Assembly (NCBI GenBank): GCA_964575755.1
Contig: CAZNRH010000003.1
Span: forward strand, 2,303 to 66,302
Source of the DNA: an uncultured Candidatus Saccharibacteria bacterium
GTDB taxonomy: Bacteria; Patescibacteriota; Minisyncoccia; Phycocordibacterales; JABMNX01
DNA: 64,000 bases
Reading direction: 5' to 3'
Part shown: positions 49,061 through 59,752 of the stretch, in pieces
Position numbering within the stretch: position 1 is the first letter of the stretch
Layout: every line of letters begins with the position of its first letter
Position numbers and translations under genes: made by a program
The notes under the pieces: generated by a model
Databases searched by the model: none
What the model saw: the letters and a program-made list of their open reading frames with translations, nothing else
Told to the model about the DNA's origin: nothing

Positions 49061-49158
49061 TATTAACTACAAGACTCCTCTGGAAGTGTTTCAAAGGTGT
49101 TGATTCTTTTGCGGTGTAGTGTCCAAGATTGGACTTTGAACAGGGGAGCGTTCTCGGG

Positions 49159-50439
49159 TTACGTATTTGATTTAGATGCACGTGCTCCTATGTCTGAACC
49201 GGCGACGAATCCAGTTGTCCAACACAGCTGTAAAGAGAAGCCTCCAGAGGGTCGGTTTATATTTAAAACATCCCCAAGCAGGTATAGGTTTGGGTGTAAT
49301 TTAGAGCTCATGTTTTTAAAGTTCACTTCATTAAGATCAACTCCACCGTCGGTTAATACAGCTTTATCGAAACCAAGTGCTCCACTTATCTCAAAGGTTA
49401 AATCCTTCATTCTTTTAACGAGCCTTTTTCGTTCTTCCTTAGTAATCGAATTAACACTTGTTTCAAGAAGCCTTATTTTCCTAAAAGAGAGAACAATTTC
49501 AGCAACGTTTGCAGGAATAAGCTCTGGTAGGATGTTTTTTGCTTTCTTATTTTTATTCTTTTCGAATAGATCTAAGAGTGTTTTATCGAGCTCTCCTTCG
49601 TTTGTGTCAGGGAAGAGGTCAATAGACGCAATCACGGACCCTCCGAGTAACAGGTCTTTCACTTCATGAGAAGAGTTTAAAATGAGTGGCCCCGAGACTC
49701 CAAAGTGAGTGAATAGGACGGTGCCGATCTTTTTAATTTTTACTTTATCATCTTGAGAAAAGCTAATTTTCATGTGAGGTAGCGAGGTTCCAGATAGAGA
49801 GTGTACCCATTTTTCTTTTGTTTTTAGTGGTACCACATTTGAACTCGGCTTGCTCACATTATGTCCAAGTTCTTTAAGGAACCTAAACCCGTCACCAGTA
49901 GAGCCTGTCTTAGGTGAAGCAAGTCCGCCAGTGGCTATAACGACATTTTCTGCTTCAAATGTCCCGTTGTTTGTTTCGATAGAAAAAAATACGTCATTTT
50001 TAACTCTTTTCTTATTTACAGATTCAACCTCTGTATTTGTCTTTATTTTTACTCCACCGCTCTTCACATATTCTTTCATCACGTTCATTACATCAGTTGC
50101 TTTCTGACTTTTAGGGAAGACTTTGTTTTTTTCTTCAATAACCAAAGGAAGACCTCTTTCTTCAAAGAAGGTAAAAGTGTCTTTTGCAGAGAACTCTGAG
50201 AAAGGGGAGTGAAGATATTTCTGTGATTCAGGGAAATTACTTAGAAATTTTCTAACATCAAGTTCAGCATTGGTGATATTGCACCTACCGCCACCAGTAA
50301 TACTTAGTTTTTTACCAAGTTCTTTGTTTTTTTCAAGCAATATAACCCTAGCTCCTAGTTCACCAGCTCTTCCTGCAGCCATCATACCACTCGGCCCTCC
50401 TCCTATTACAATAAGGTCGTATGTATATCGAGTTTTCAT
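49159..50439 (-). CDS. HI0933/BaiN family FAD-dependent oxidoreductase
   Basis: GGGPSGMMAA, GKKL..TGGGRCN.TN, ATGG...P.TGSTGDG, LFTHFG.SGP, T.GGV. Confidence 0.93.
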   Translation of the reverse strand: MKTRYTYDLIVIGGGPSGMMAAGRAGELGARVILLEKNKELGKKLSITGGGRCNITNAELDVRKFLSNFPESQKYLHSPFSEFSAKDTFTFFEERGLPLVIEEKNKVFPKSQKATDVMNVMKEYVKSGGVKIKTNTEVESVNKKRVKNDVFFSIETNNGTFEAENVVIATGGLASPKTGSTGDGFRFLKELGHNVSKPSSNVVPLKTKEKWVHSLSGTSLPHMKISFSQDDKVKIKKIGTVLFTHFGVSGPLILNSSHEVKDLLLGGSVIASIDLFPDTNEGELDKTLLDLFEKNKNKKAKNILPELIPANVAEIVLSFRKIRLLETSVNSITKEERKRLVKRMKDLTFEISGALGFDKAVLTDGGVDLNEVNFKNMSSKLHPNLYLLGDVLNINRPSGGFSLQLCWTTGFVAGSDIGARASKSNT

Positions 50440-50602
50440 GTTAGTGAGCATACCATACATATAAATAGTGTCAGTTTTTTGTAAAAAAGTTTCATTAAGT
50501 TTAAGAATACAGCTCTCTGTGGAAGTTACGAAGAAATAGGGTTAAGTATCCACTTTTGATTTTATAGATGGCTTGAATAAGCTAAAATAAATGCCCCAGG
50601 TG

Positions 50603-50740
50603 GGTGGGGTGAGAGGCGAATACATGGAGCTTCGCAAGAGGTTGTCGATATTCTGACGGAGGAAGGATATAGTACAACCTGAACAGTTCCTGTAAGGAAT
50701 CGGCGCAGGTTTCTAATCTCCTGCCTCGCTAAGCACCTCC
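50603..50740 (+). ncRNA. orphan structured GC-richer element with a tRNA-like 3' hairpin
   Basis: Helices GTGAG/CTCGC, AGGTTGT/ACAACCT, TTCCT/AGGAA, GCAGG/CCTGC; no ORF. Confidence 0.4.
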
Positions 50741-50816
50741 TGTCCTAGTTCAGCACTCTTTCGTGCTTTTGCACACGTGCTATAAAATAAAAGAATGGTG
50801 GGGAAAAAATCAAATG

Positions 50817-51053
50817 TTACAAAATGACCGTAACTACATCGTTTTTAATATAGCACTCTCCATTTATATTTTGTATAATTTCACTTTCTTTGTTTGATTG
50901 TCGCAAGGAAATATTCCCTTTTTGCAATAAAATAAAAGATTCAGCATGACCGGGTAATATTTGCATCTGGCCAGAAAGTGCCGGTAGCGTGATGCTCTGC
51001 ACATTTTTATAAACTGTTGTTTTTTGAGGTGATGTAATCGTGCAACTAATCAT
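50817..51053 (-). CDS. atpC: ATP synthase epsilon, N-terminal beta domain only
   Basis: I.SP, LP...G.M.ILPGH, L..G; 78 aa. Confidence 0.88.
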   Translation of the reverse strand: MISCTITSPQKTTVYKNVQSITLPALSGQMQILPGHAESFILLQKGNISLRQSNKESEIIQNINGECYIKNDVVTVIL

Positions 51054-51054
51054 A

Positions 51055-53257
<2,203 letters not shown>

Positions 53258-53261
<4 letters not shown>

Positions 53262-54739
53262 GGTTGTTGCTTTTCTTTGGTTAACAAAAATTCTTGTTTA
53301 AAATCCTTTACGATTTCTTGAATCTTTATTTGTATTTTTTCATCAAATACTCCACTTTTAATCTTTTGCAGCACATCGGGATAGCGATTTCTTACTAATT
53401 CCATCAAAAGTATTTCAAAATAGCTCCATTTCTTTTTCTCAATGTCATCAAAGAAACCTTCCTCAACCGTGTAAAACAAAATTGTCTGTTCCGGCCATTC
53501 AATGTTTGTATGTTTTTCTTGCTTTAAAAGTTCCAGCATTAAATCTCCTCTATGAATCTTTTTTTGGGCCTCATTACTTACAACCGTTTCCAGCTGGGAT
53601 AATTTTTGGAGCTCCTTGTGTTGGGCAAGAGCTAGGCGAATACCGCCCACTACTTCTTTAAGAATACTCGGTTGCGCTTGCGATCCTACGCGAGAAACGG
53701 AAAGTCCCACATTCACCGCCGGCAAAAATCCTTTCTGGAAAAGTCCATTTTCCAAGTAAATTTGCCCATCAGTAATTGAGATAAGATTAGTGGGAATAAA
53801 AGATGTGATGTCGCTTTCTTGCGTTTCAATAATCGGCAACGCGGTAAGCGTTCCGCCACCTTTTTCTTTTGAAAGTTTAGCGGCTCGTTCCAAAAGTCCA
53901 GCATGTAATGAAAAAATATCGCCCGGATATGCTTCTCTTCCCGGTGCTCGTTCAAACAAAAGTGAAATGTCCCGGTATGCCTTGGCGTGTTTTGAGAGGT
54001 CGTCATAGACAACTAAAGCATCTTTGCCATTATCGCGAAAATACTCCCCTATAGCGCATCCGACAAAAGGAGCGAGATACTGTTCCGCAAATGAAGCGCC
54101 CGCGGAAGCGGCGACAATTGCTGTGTATAAAAATGCATTATGTTCTTCAAAAAGAGAGATGAGTTCGCGAACTTTTTGTTCTTTTTGTCCGCAAATTACA
54201 TATACGCACTGTACGGGCGATTTGGCATATTTTTGATTTAATACCGTATCTATGGCAATCGTGCTTTTGCCAAGTTTTCGGTCGCCAATTATAAGTTCCC
54301 GCTGGCCTCTGCCTAATGGAAGATTGGTATCAATAATTTTTATTCCCGTAGAGAGTGGCGTTGAAACGGGTTCCCGATCAATAATTGGAGGCGCTTGCCG
54401 AAAAACAGACGTCATTTTTCCCTGAAGGCTTCCAAGTTCATCCATAGGCACACCTAAACCATCAACAACTCTACCTATAAGACTTTCTGAAATTGGTATT
54501 GAAAAAGGATGAAAACTGCGAAAGATTGGTTTTTTCAGATTAAATTTTTCATCAAAAAACAGCGCTTCAACAAAATTCTCATCAAAACCGATGACAATAG
54601 CTACCGGCATACCAACTTCATCTAAAAGTACCTCATGTAAAAATATATGGGGCAACCCTTGAATTCGGGCAACTCCAGAAAAAAAAGAAACTATATACCC
54701 GGCTTCATTATTTTTTTTAGTGATTAGATTTTTCCGCAT
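53258..54739 (-). CDS. atpA: ATP synthase F1 alpha (short N-terminus)
   Basis: GRGQRELIIGDR..GK, YDDLSK.A.AYR, PGREAYPGD.F, IPTN.ISITDGQ. Confidence 0.96.
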
Positions 54740-55100
54740 ATTTTATTTCAGATAAACGAGATTTAATTTGTTTTATAACTGCTCGTTTTTCTTGTTCCGT
54801 CTCTTGTTGGACTTGTTTTTTTATCTCTTTAGCCATATTCTTTGCCTCTTTTATAATTTCTCGCGCTCGTTTCTTTGCTTCGGCTATTTCTTTCTTTTTT
54901 TGCTCCGCAAAAGTATTTCTTTGTCGCTCCAATTTTCCATTTTGTATTTGAGCTTGTTTTAATTCATTCTCGTCTTTTTCAATCCGCTTAATAATAGGTT
55001 TATACAAAAACTTTGAAAGTAGCCATAAAAGCAACCCGAAGTTAATTATTTGAGCGATTAAAAGTTTAATATCTATACCAAGATTGCCTAAAAATTCCAT
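54717..55100 (-). CDS. atpF: ATP synthase Fo b (127 aa)
   Basis: LGI...L.AQIINF..L..LL..FLYKPI followed by a charged coiled coil. Confidence 0.9.
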   Translation of the reverse strand: MEFLGNLGIDIKLLIAQIINFGLLLWLLSKFLYKPIIKRIEKDENELKQAQIQNGKLERQRNTFAEQKKKEIAEAKKRAREIIKEAKNMAKEIKKQVQQETEQEKRAVIKQIKSRLSEIKYAEKSNH

Positions 55101-55103
55101 AAT

Positions 55104-55304
55104 TTAAAACCCACTAAGGGTTGAAGTATACACGCTTAGAAACTTTGGTATAACAAAAAGCATCCCTATAAGGGGTAAAACAAACACAACCAGCGAGATA
55201 ATAAGCGTCCAGAGAAAGTACTTTCGCGTCTTTTCAACCGATTTATAAATTTTCACAAGCAACTCGTCCTGTGCGTCAAACCGCTTTTTTGTTTCTTCTT
55301 CCAT
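55104..55304 (-). CDS. small single-TM protein inside the atp operon
   Basis: 66 aa, charged helix plus hydrophobic segment, tight spacing to atpE and atpF. Confidence 0.7.
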   Translation of the reverse strand: MEEETKKRFDAQDELLVKIYKSVEKTRKYFLWTLIISLVVFVLPLIGMLFVIPKFLSVYTSTLSGF

Positions 55305-55319
55305 AATTTCTTGTATTAT

Positions 55320-55532
55320 TTAAACAAACTTTAAGATAAGCGCGACTACCAATGCGTAAATGGCAATGGCTTCGGCAAATGCAATGGCAATAATCATTGC
55401 GAGCATAATCTTTTCAGAATTTTCTGGGTTGCGCGCCATACCTATTACTGCCGCCGCGCCAATCATACCAATGGCCAACGCAGGACCGATAGTCCCTATA
55501 GCCATCGTAAATGCTGATGAATCTTGAATCAT
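55320..55532 (-). CDS. atpE: ATP synthase Fo c
   Basis: GPAL.IG, ARNPE loop, FAEAIAIYAL. Confidence 0.95.
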   Translation of the reverse strand: MIQDSSAFTMAIGTIGPALAIGMIGAAAVIGMARNPENSEKIMLAMIIAIAFAEAIAIYALVVALILKFV

Positions 55533-55552
55533 ATTTTTATTTTAATTAGTTA

Positions 55553-56302
55553 CTAATTTTGCGCCACCGACCCTATATGGCGCATTGTGCTTGTTTTAAT
55601 AAATGTTAATGTAAGTATAGCAAAAATAAATGCCTGAATGATACCAACAAATACCTCTAAAATCATAAAAGGCAAAGGAATAATATAAGGAACTAAAAAA
55701 GCAATAACCAAGAGCAATACTTCTCCTGCAAAAATATTTCCAAATAATCGGAAAGAAAAAGAAAGAATTTTAACACTTTCAGAAATCAGTTCAAAAAAAC
55801 CAATGATAAATTTAATTGGGTTTGTGAAATTGAGGAATCGTCCTATATACTTTTTTGTTCCCAACACTTGCAAGGAAAAAAATTGAATAGCAAGAACTGA
55901 AAATAACGCCAGTGCCACTGTTATTGTCAAATCGCTATTAGGGGATCGTAAAACAGAAAATTCTCCTGCTGGGGTGTTTATAAAGAATGAACCTAAGAAA
56001 CCGGGAATAAGAGCCAAGAGATTAGCAGTAACGATAAACATAAAGAAAGTAGCTATCAATGGAAGAATTTTTTTAGACAGTTTTCTATCCTGTGTCACCA
56101 TATCAGCAAGTTTTAACAATTCAAAAACCAAAACCCTCATTCCATTGATAAAAATGTTTTTGTGATTCTGTTTTTTTAGATAGAAAACTATTCCTAAAAT
56201 ACCAAGAAGTACCGTAACTAAAATAGAGGTTAAAAAAGTATTAGTTAGAGACATGCCAGAAACAGACAAAATATATTCTGGTTGTAAGCCAATGTTAATC
56301 AT
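55553..56302 (-). CDS. atpB: ATP synthase Fo a
   Basis: N...L.PG, R.P..DL, SFSFRLFGNIFAGE, IQAFIF..LT. Confidence 0.95.
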   Translation of the reverse strand: MINIGLQPEYILSVSGMSLTNTFLTSILVTVLLGILGIVFYLKKQNHKNIFINGMRVLVFELLKLADMVTQDRKLSKKILPLIATFFMFIVTANLLALIPGFLGSFFINTPAGEFSVLRSPNSDLTITVALALFSVLAIQFFSLQVLGTKKYIGRFLNFTNPIKFIIGFFELISESVKILSFSFRLFGNIFAGEVLLLVIAFLVPYIIPLPFMILEVFVGIIQAFIFAILTLTFIKTSTMRHIGSVAQN

Positions 56303-56570
56303 TTTTTTCTTTATCTTTAATTAAAGGAATAAGCAAGTGATACACTTCATAAATCGTAATAACAATACCGACAACAAGACCGAGAAGCAAAAAAAATGGC
56401 TGGGTTTTAAAAAATTTATCACCCAAAACTCCTAGAAAAAGAAAACCGCCGATGGGGATAGAAATTAGAAACCCTAATTGCCACGCAATGGATAACGCGT
56501 AAAATGTTTTAAAATTATTTTTTTGGGACATAGCTTTTGTCTTTTTTATAGGAAAAAACCATAATGGCAA
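56295..56570 (-). CDS. AtpZ/AtpI(AtpQ)-like small membrane protein
   Basis: QLGF.I.IP.....LG...D..F.T.P...L.G; immediately upstream of atpB. Confidence 0.75.
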   Translation of the reverse strand: MPLWFFPIKKTKAMSQKNNFKTFYALSIAWQLGFLISIPIGGFLFLGVLGDKFFKTQPFFLLLGLVVGIVITIYEVYHLLIPLIKDKEKND

Positions 56571-56868
56571 GTATTACCACAAGAGCGAGTAAATACAAAT
56601 ACGCCGTTTGTGATTGCGCTTTTACGGCATCATCTAGAAATTTAATAATAAAAAGAGGTAAAGCAAGAATGATACTGATTGTTAAATGCGAGCGGATAAG
56701 TGAAAATTGCCTGAGTTCTTCAATGGTATCTTCTTGCTTCTTCCTTTTTGTTTCATACTGAATAAATTCCCACAGCGTTTTTATTGCTCCGCTTACAATA
56801 ATGAGAACGCCTATAACGACGAGCACATTAACAAGTATGAAATCGACAGAAGATAGAAAATTAATCAT
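56515..56868 (-). CDS. small membrane protein (DUF1622-like)
   Basis: Three hydrophobic segments, R..L...I.LAL. Confidence 0.55.
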   Translation of the reverse strand: MINFLSSVDFILVNVLVVIGVLIIVSGAIKTLWEFIQYETKRKKQEDTIEELRQFSLIRSHLTISIILALPLFIIKFLDDAVKAQSQTAYLYLLALVVILAIMVFSYKKDKSYVPKK

Positions 56869-56879
56869 ATGTTTATATT

Positions 56880-57086
56880 TTAACGCAGAAGATCATCAAT
56901 GGAAACATCAAGCGTTATTGAAATCTTCTGCAAAGTTTCTAATGTCGGGTTTTTGTTTTCCCCGGATTCGATTTTAATAATTGTATTATTAGCAACATCG
57001 GCCATTCTTGCCAATTTTTCTTGGGAAAAGTTATTTCTTTTCCTTAATTTTTTTATATTCTTTGATAATTTTGAACTATTTGACAT
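56880..57086 (-). CDS. XRE/Cro-CI helix-turn-helix regulator
   Basis: IKKLR...SQE.LA..A.V...TI.KIE.G...NPTL.TL.KI...L.V..D.L. Confidence 0.92.
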   Translation of the reverse strand: MSNSSKLSKNIKKLRKRNNFSQEKLARMADVANNTIIKIESGENKNPTLETLQKISITLDVSIDDLLR

Positions 57087-57182
57087 ACTTATAACAGAGT
57101 AGTAATACTAAAGTAGAGGTATACATAATTATCTTCTACCAATTTAATAGTACACCATTATTATATCACAGTCAAATTTAAA

Positions 57183-57380
57183 TAGGGAGCTGTCGCCCGC
57201 GCACGGGAAGGGTTGGGCAAGGGCGACTGTAAATATAAATAGCTCGTCCGAAAAAAATCGGTCGAAGCCCGAAAAGCAAGCGGACAAAAAGGAAGTGGGT
57301 CTGGGGGAAGGAATTTTTGCCCGCTTGCGCTTTCCGCGCCGAAGGCGCGGTTGGGGTGGAAACGCTGGGCGGGAATTGAC
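57183..57380. other. GC-rich non-coding structured segment at the island border
   Basis: Sharp GC rise; GTCGCCC/GGGCGAC, GCCCGC..GCGG, CCGCGCCGAAGGCGCGG hairpin. Confidence 0.45.
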
Positions 57381-57428
57381 CACTAGTCACTAAATGAAAT
57401 CATCGTCCTATGGATTCAATTTCACTAA

Positions 57429-57486
57429 GTGCTCCTGATCTGGACTCGCGCCCCTGCCTACGCTTCGCTACGTCAGGGAACCCGCG
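57429..57486 (-). pseudogene. tRNA 3'-end-like remnant interrupted by a GCGAAGC hairpin
   Basis: Minus strand GGTT[30-nt hairpin]CGAGTCCAGATCAGGAGCAC resembles a T-arm plus acceptor strand. Confidence 0.35.
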
Positions 57487-57515
57487 TTCCGTCTTTCAAT
57501 TTCTGACATCGCTCA

Positions 57516-57561
57516 CAAAATGCACAACCCCCAGACGAAGTCTGAGGGTTGTGCATTTTGT
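57516..57561 (-). terminator. hairpin terminator downstream of tmRNA
   Basis: ACAAAATGCACAACCC ... GGGTTGTGCATTTTGT. Confidence 0.75.
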
Positions 57562-57962
57562 GGAGATGGGGGGTATCGAACCCCCGTTCAATGAAGGGCT
57601 TATGAATGAATCTACAAAGGTGTAGTCTATTTTTTTCTGCACAAAGTGAACAGATTTAAACTTTATATGTATAAAACAAACAAAATCATATAAAGTCGAG
57701 TTTCTTGAGTTCGGTTGTAAGTCGAAACATTCTTACTTCCTAGACCGATGTTTATGACATCAAGCAAATCGTATCGGACGTCTGATTTGTTGATGGTCGC
57801 TTAGGCCTGAGCGTAAGCGAACTGGAAGTCTTTCATCTGAAAAGGTGAAAGCATTCCGAGTGCAGATTTTTTTGCATCTACATGTTCCAGCTTTTTAAGA
57901 AGTTCTGGTCTTCTACCTTGCACATACATATGCTAACGACACTGTCGAAGCCGATCATCCCC
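57561..57962 (-). ncRNA. ssrA: tmRNA; tag ORF 57875..57801 = AKKSALGMLSPFQMKDFQFAYAQA*
   Basis: 5' GGGGATGATCGGCTTCGAC, 3' GGGGGTTCGATACCCCCCATCTCCA, acceptor stem with a G3-U wobble; smpB nearby; CCA not encoded. Confidence 0.95.
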
Positions 57963-58052
57963 CGCCTTTAATCTCGCCGGAGCCAGATTAAAGGCGGGGA
58001 AGGACCCACATATACCAGTACCGAAAAGTGTGGGCAAAGCAAGCTTTGCCCA
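57960..58052. repeat. three stacked palindromes abutting the tmRNA 5' end
   Basis: CCCCGCCTTTAATCT/AGATTAAAGGCGGGG; CCCACA/TGTGGG; GGGCAAAGC/GCTTTGCCC. Confidence 0.75.
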
Positions 58053-58089
58053 GTTAGTGGTTTAGAAAGTCCAACCTAGTTGAACGTCT

Positions 58090-58341
58090 TTAAAATTCTA
58101 GTTGATGAATTTCCTCATCCTCATCAAATATTTTCCCAGAGGGATCTTCGTCGGTATCTTTTCCGAACTTAACACCAGAGGAAACTTCATCCTCATCGTC
58201 ATCGGTTCTTAATACAAGAAGTTCTTTGTCAGGATCTTCAGCTTCCAATTGTGCTTCTCTGTTCCTAGCAAGGAAATCTTCCCGTACTTCTTCAATCGGT
58301 ATTTCTATCATCCCAACCGGTATTTTTTTTGTAGCACTCAT
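58090..58341 (-). CDS. acidic hypothetical protein
   Basis: 83 codons, D/E-rich, purine-rich SD-like AAAAGGGGA. Confidence 0.6.
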   Translation of the reverse strand: MSATKKIPVGMIEIPIEEVREDFLARNREAQLEAEDPDKELLVLRTDDDEDEVSSGVKFGKDTDEDPSGKIFDEDEEIHQLEF

Positions 58342-58410
58342 CGCTCATCCCCTTTTTCTAATTCAACATATACTCAAACCACTTTTCGATACTTGTATAT
58401 TATTTAATTC

Positions 58411-58857
58411 TCAACGTGCTTGCTTCATTTGTCGTTCGATATCTTTCTTTGAATCACGGTCTTTGATTGTTTGTCGTTTATCACTTTTTTTCTTTCCACG
58501 AGCTATTGCAATTTCGAGCTTCAAATTTCGACCTTTATTATACACTGAAATAGGCACTATTGTCAATCCTTTTTGCAACTCTGCGCTTGAGAGCTCACTA
58601 AGCTCCTTTTTATTTAACAGCAGTTTACGCGTGCGTTCAGGGTCATAGTTTTTTGGTGTATTTGATGGTTGGTATGGTGGTATGGTTGCACCAACAAGGA
58701 AAGCCTCATTTCCACGTACAACAACATGGGACCCCTCCAAAGAGCCTTGTTTATTCCGAATGGATTTCACTTCATACCCTAAAAGCTCAAGCCCTGCTTC
58801 AAAGGTCTCTAAGATTTCGAAATCGAAATGAACTTTTTTGTTTTTTATTAATGTCAT
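58411..58857 (-). CDS. smpB: SsrA-binding protein
   Basis: NKK, EAG..L.G.EVKS.R, R.RKLLL.K.E, GKK..DKR. Confidence 0.97.
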   Translation of the reverse strand: MTLIKNKKVHFDFEILETFEAGLELLGYEVKSIRNKQGSLEGSHVVVRGNEAFLVGATIPPYQPSNTPKNYDPERTRKLLLNKKELSELSSAELQKGLTIVPISVYNKGRNLKLEIAIARGKKKSDKRQTIKDRDSKKDIERQMKQAR

Positions 58858-58873
58858 AATTTTATAGATATAT

Positions 58874-59634
58874 TTACAGGAACAACGACTTCAATTTTTC
58901 ACTTGATACCATGTCACTGTAACCCATTTGATATTTTTTCTTGAGCCTCTTCCTGCTGTTGTTAAACATATTCGCATACAGTTCGCGTTTAGGTCTTATA
59001 TATATTATGTCTTCATCCTCTACGACAACATTGTTCTTTATATCATTATATAGATAGTTTCTTAAAATATCTCTCATGTGACCTGGAGTGAGTAGTGCGT
59101 ATATTCGTACGAATAAGAATTCTGTTTTTGATTTAATTTTCGAAGAATTATCTATCAATATTATTACGTCCGCACCTTCGTCTCTAGCTTTTTTTATACT
59201 ATTATTAGTATCCATAAAACCATCCACGTATCTGTTTCCATTTATATGTACTGTTCGATTAGATATCAAAGGCATGGTCTTTGACGCTCTTAATATTTTA
59301 TAGGGGTACTTTTTAACAAATTTATATCGAGCTTAGCTTTATCCTTAAAGATAGTATTAATTAAATAGTACAGGTCCATAATGTTACAAATACGCCATGG
59401 TGATATAAATCCTTTTGTTAATAGTAAGTTAAGCCAAGCGTTTTTTATATGCTCGTATTGTTTTGATACAAAATAAGCAACTGTTCCCGCACTTCCTGAA
59501 CTACCTATTACAACATGTGGTTCAGTTAGGTCATACTTATCGACAAGCGCCATGAGGGCTCCTGCACTATAAGCACATTTCATACCACCACCAGAACATA
59601 TGATTGCTATTTTCGTATCTTTTTTTGCTCCCAT
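58874..59634 (-). pseudogene. patatin-like phospholipase broken by a frameshifting deletion
   Basis: N-part SGGG..C..SAG and GSS.S.G; C-part ILRASKTMP...YVDG in another frame; junction near 59290. Confidence 0.75.
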
Positions 59635-59752
59635 CTTCAGCACTATAACACAATAAAGCTTTTGTTTAAGCTGTATTCGTGTATAATGACTCAATATTAC
59701 AGACTTATATAGCAAGCAGATATAGAAAAAACACTAAAAAATTAAAAAGAAT

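Noticed and set aside
50603-50740. RNase P RNA, SRP RNA or a canonical tRNA
   Set aside because: Lacks GAGGAAAGUCC, the SRP GGAA/AGCAG domain and a proper anticodon arm; kept only as an orphan structure
55320-55532. Na+-translocating N-ATPase assignment
   Set aside because: The c subunit lacks the Na+-binding E-S/T signature, no atpR is recognisable, and the gene order is the standard F-type one
57144-57625. Short ORFs of 70-79 aa in the GC-rich segment
   Set aside because: Expected by chance in GC-rich palindromic DNA; no coding signature
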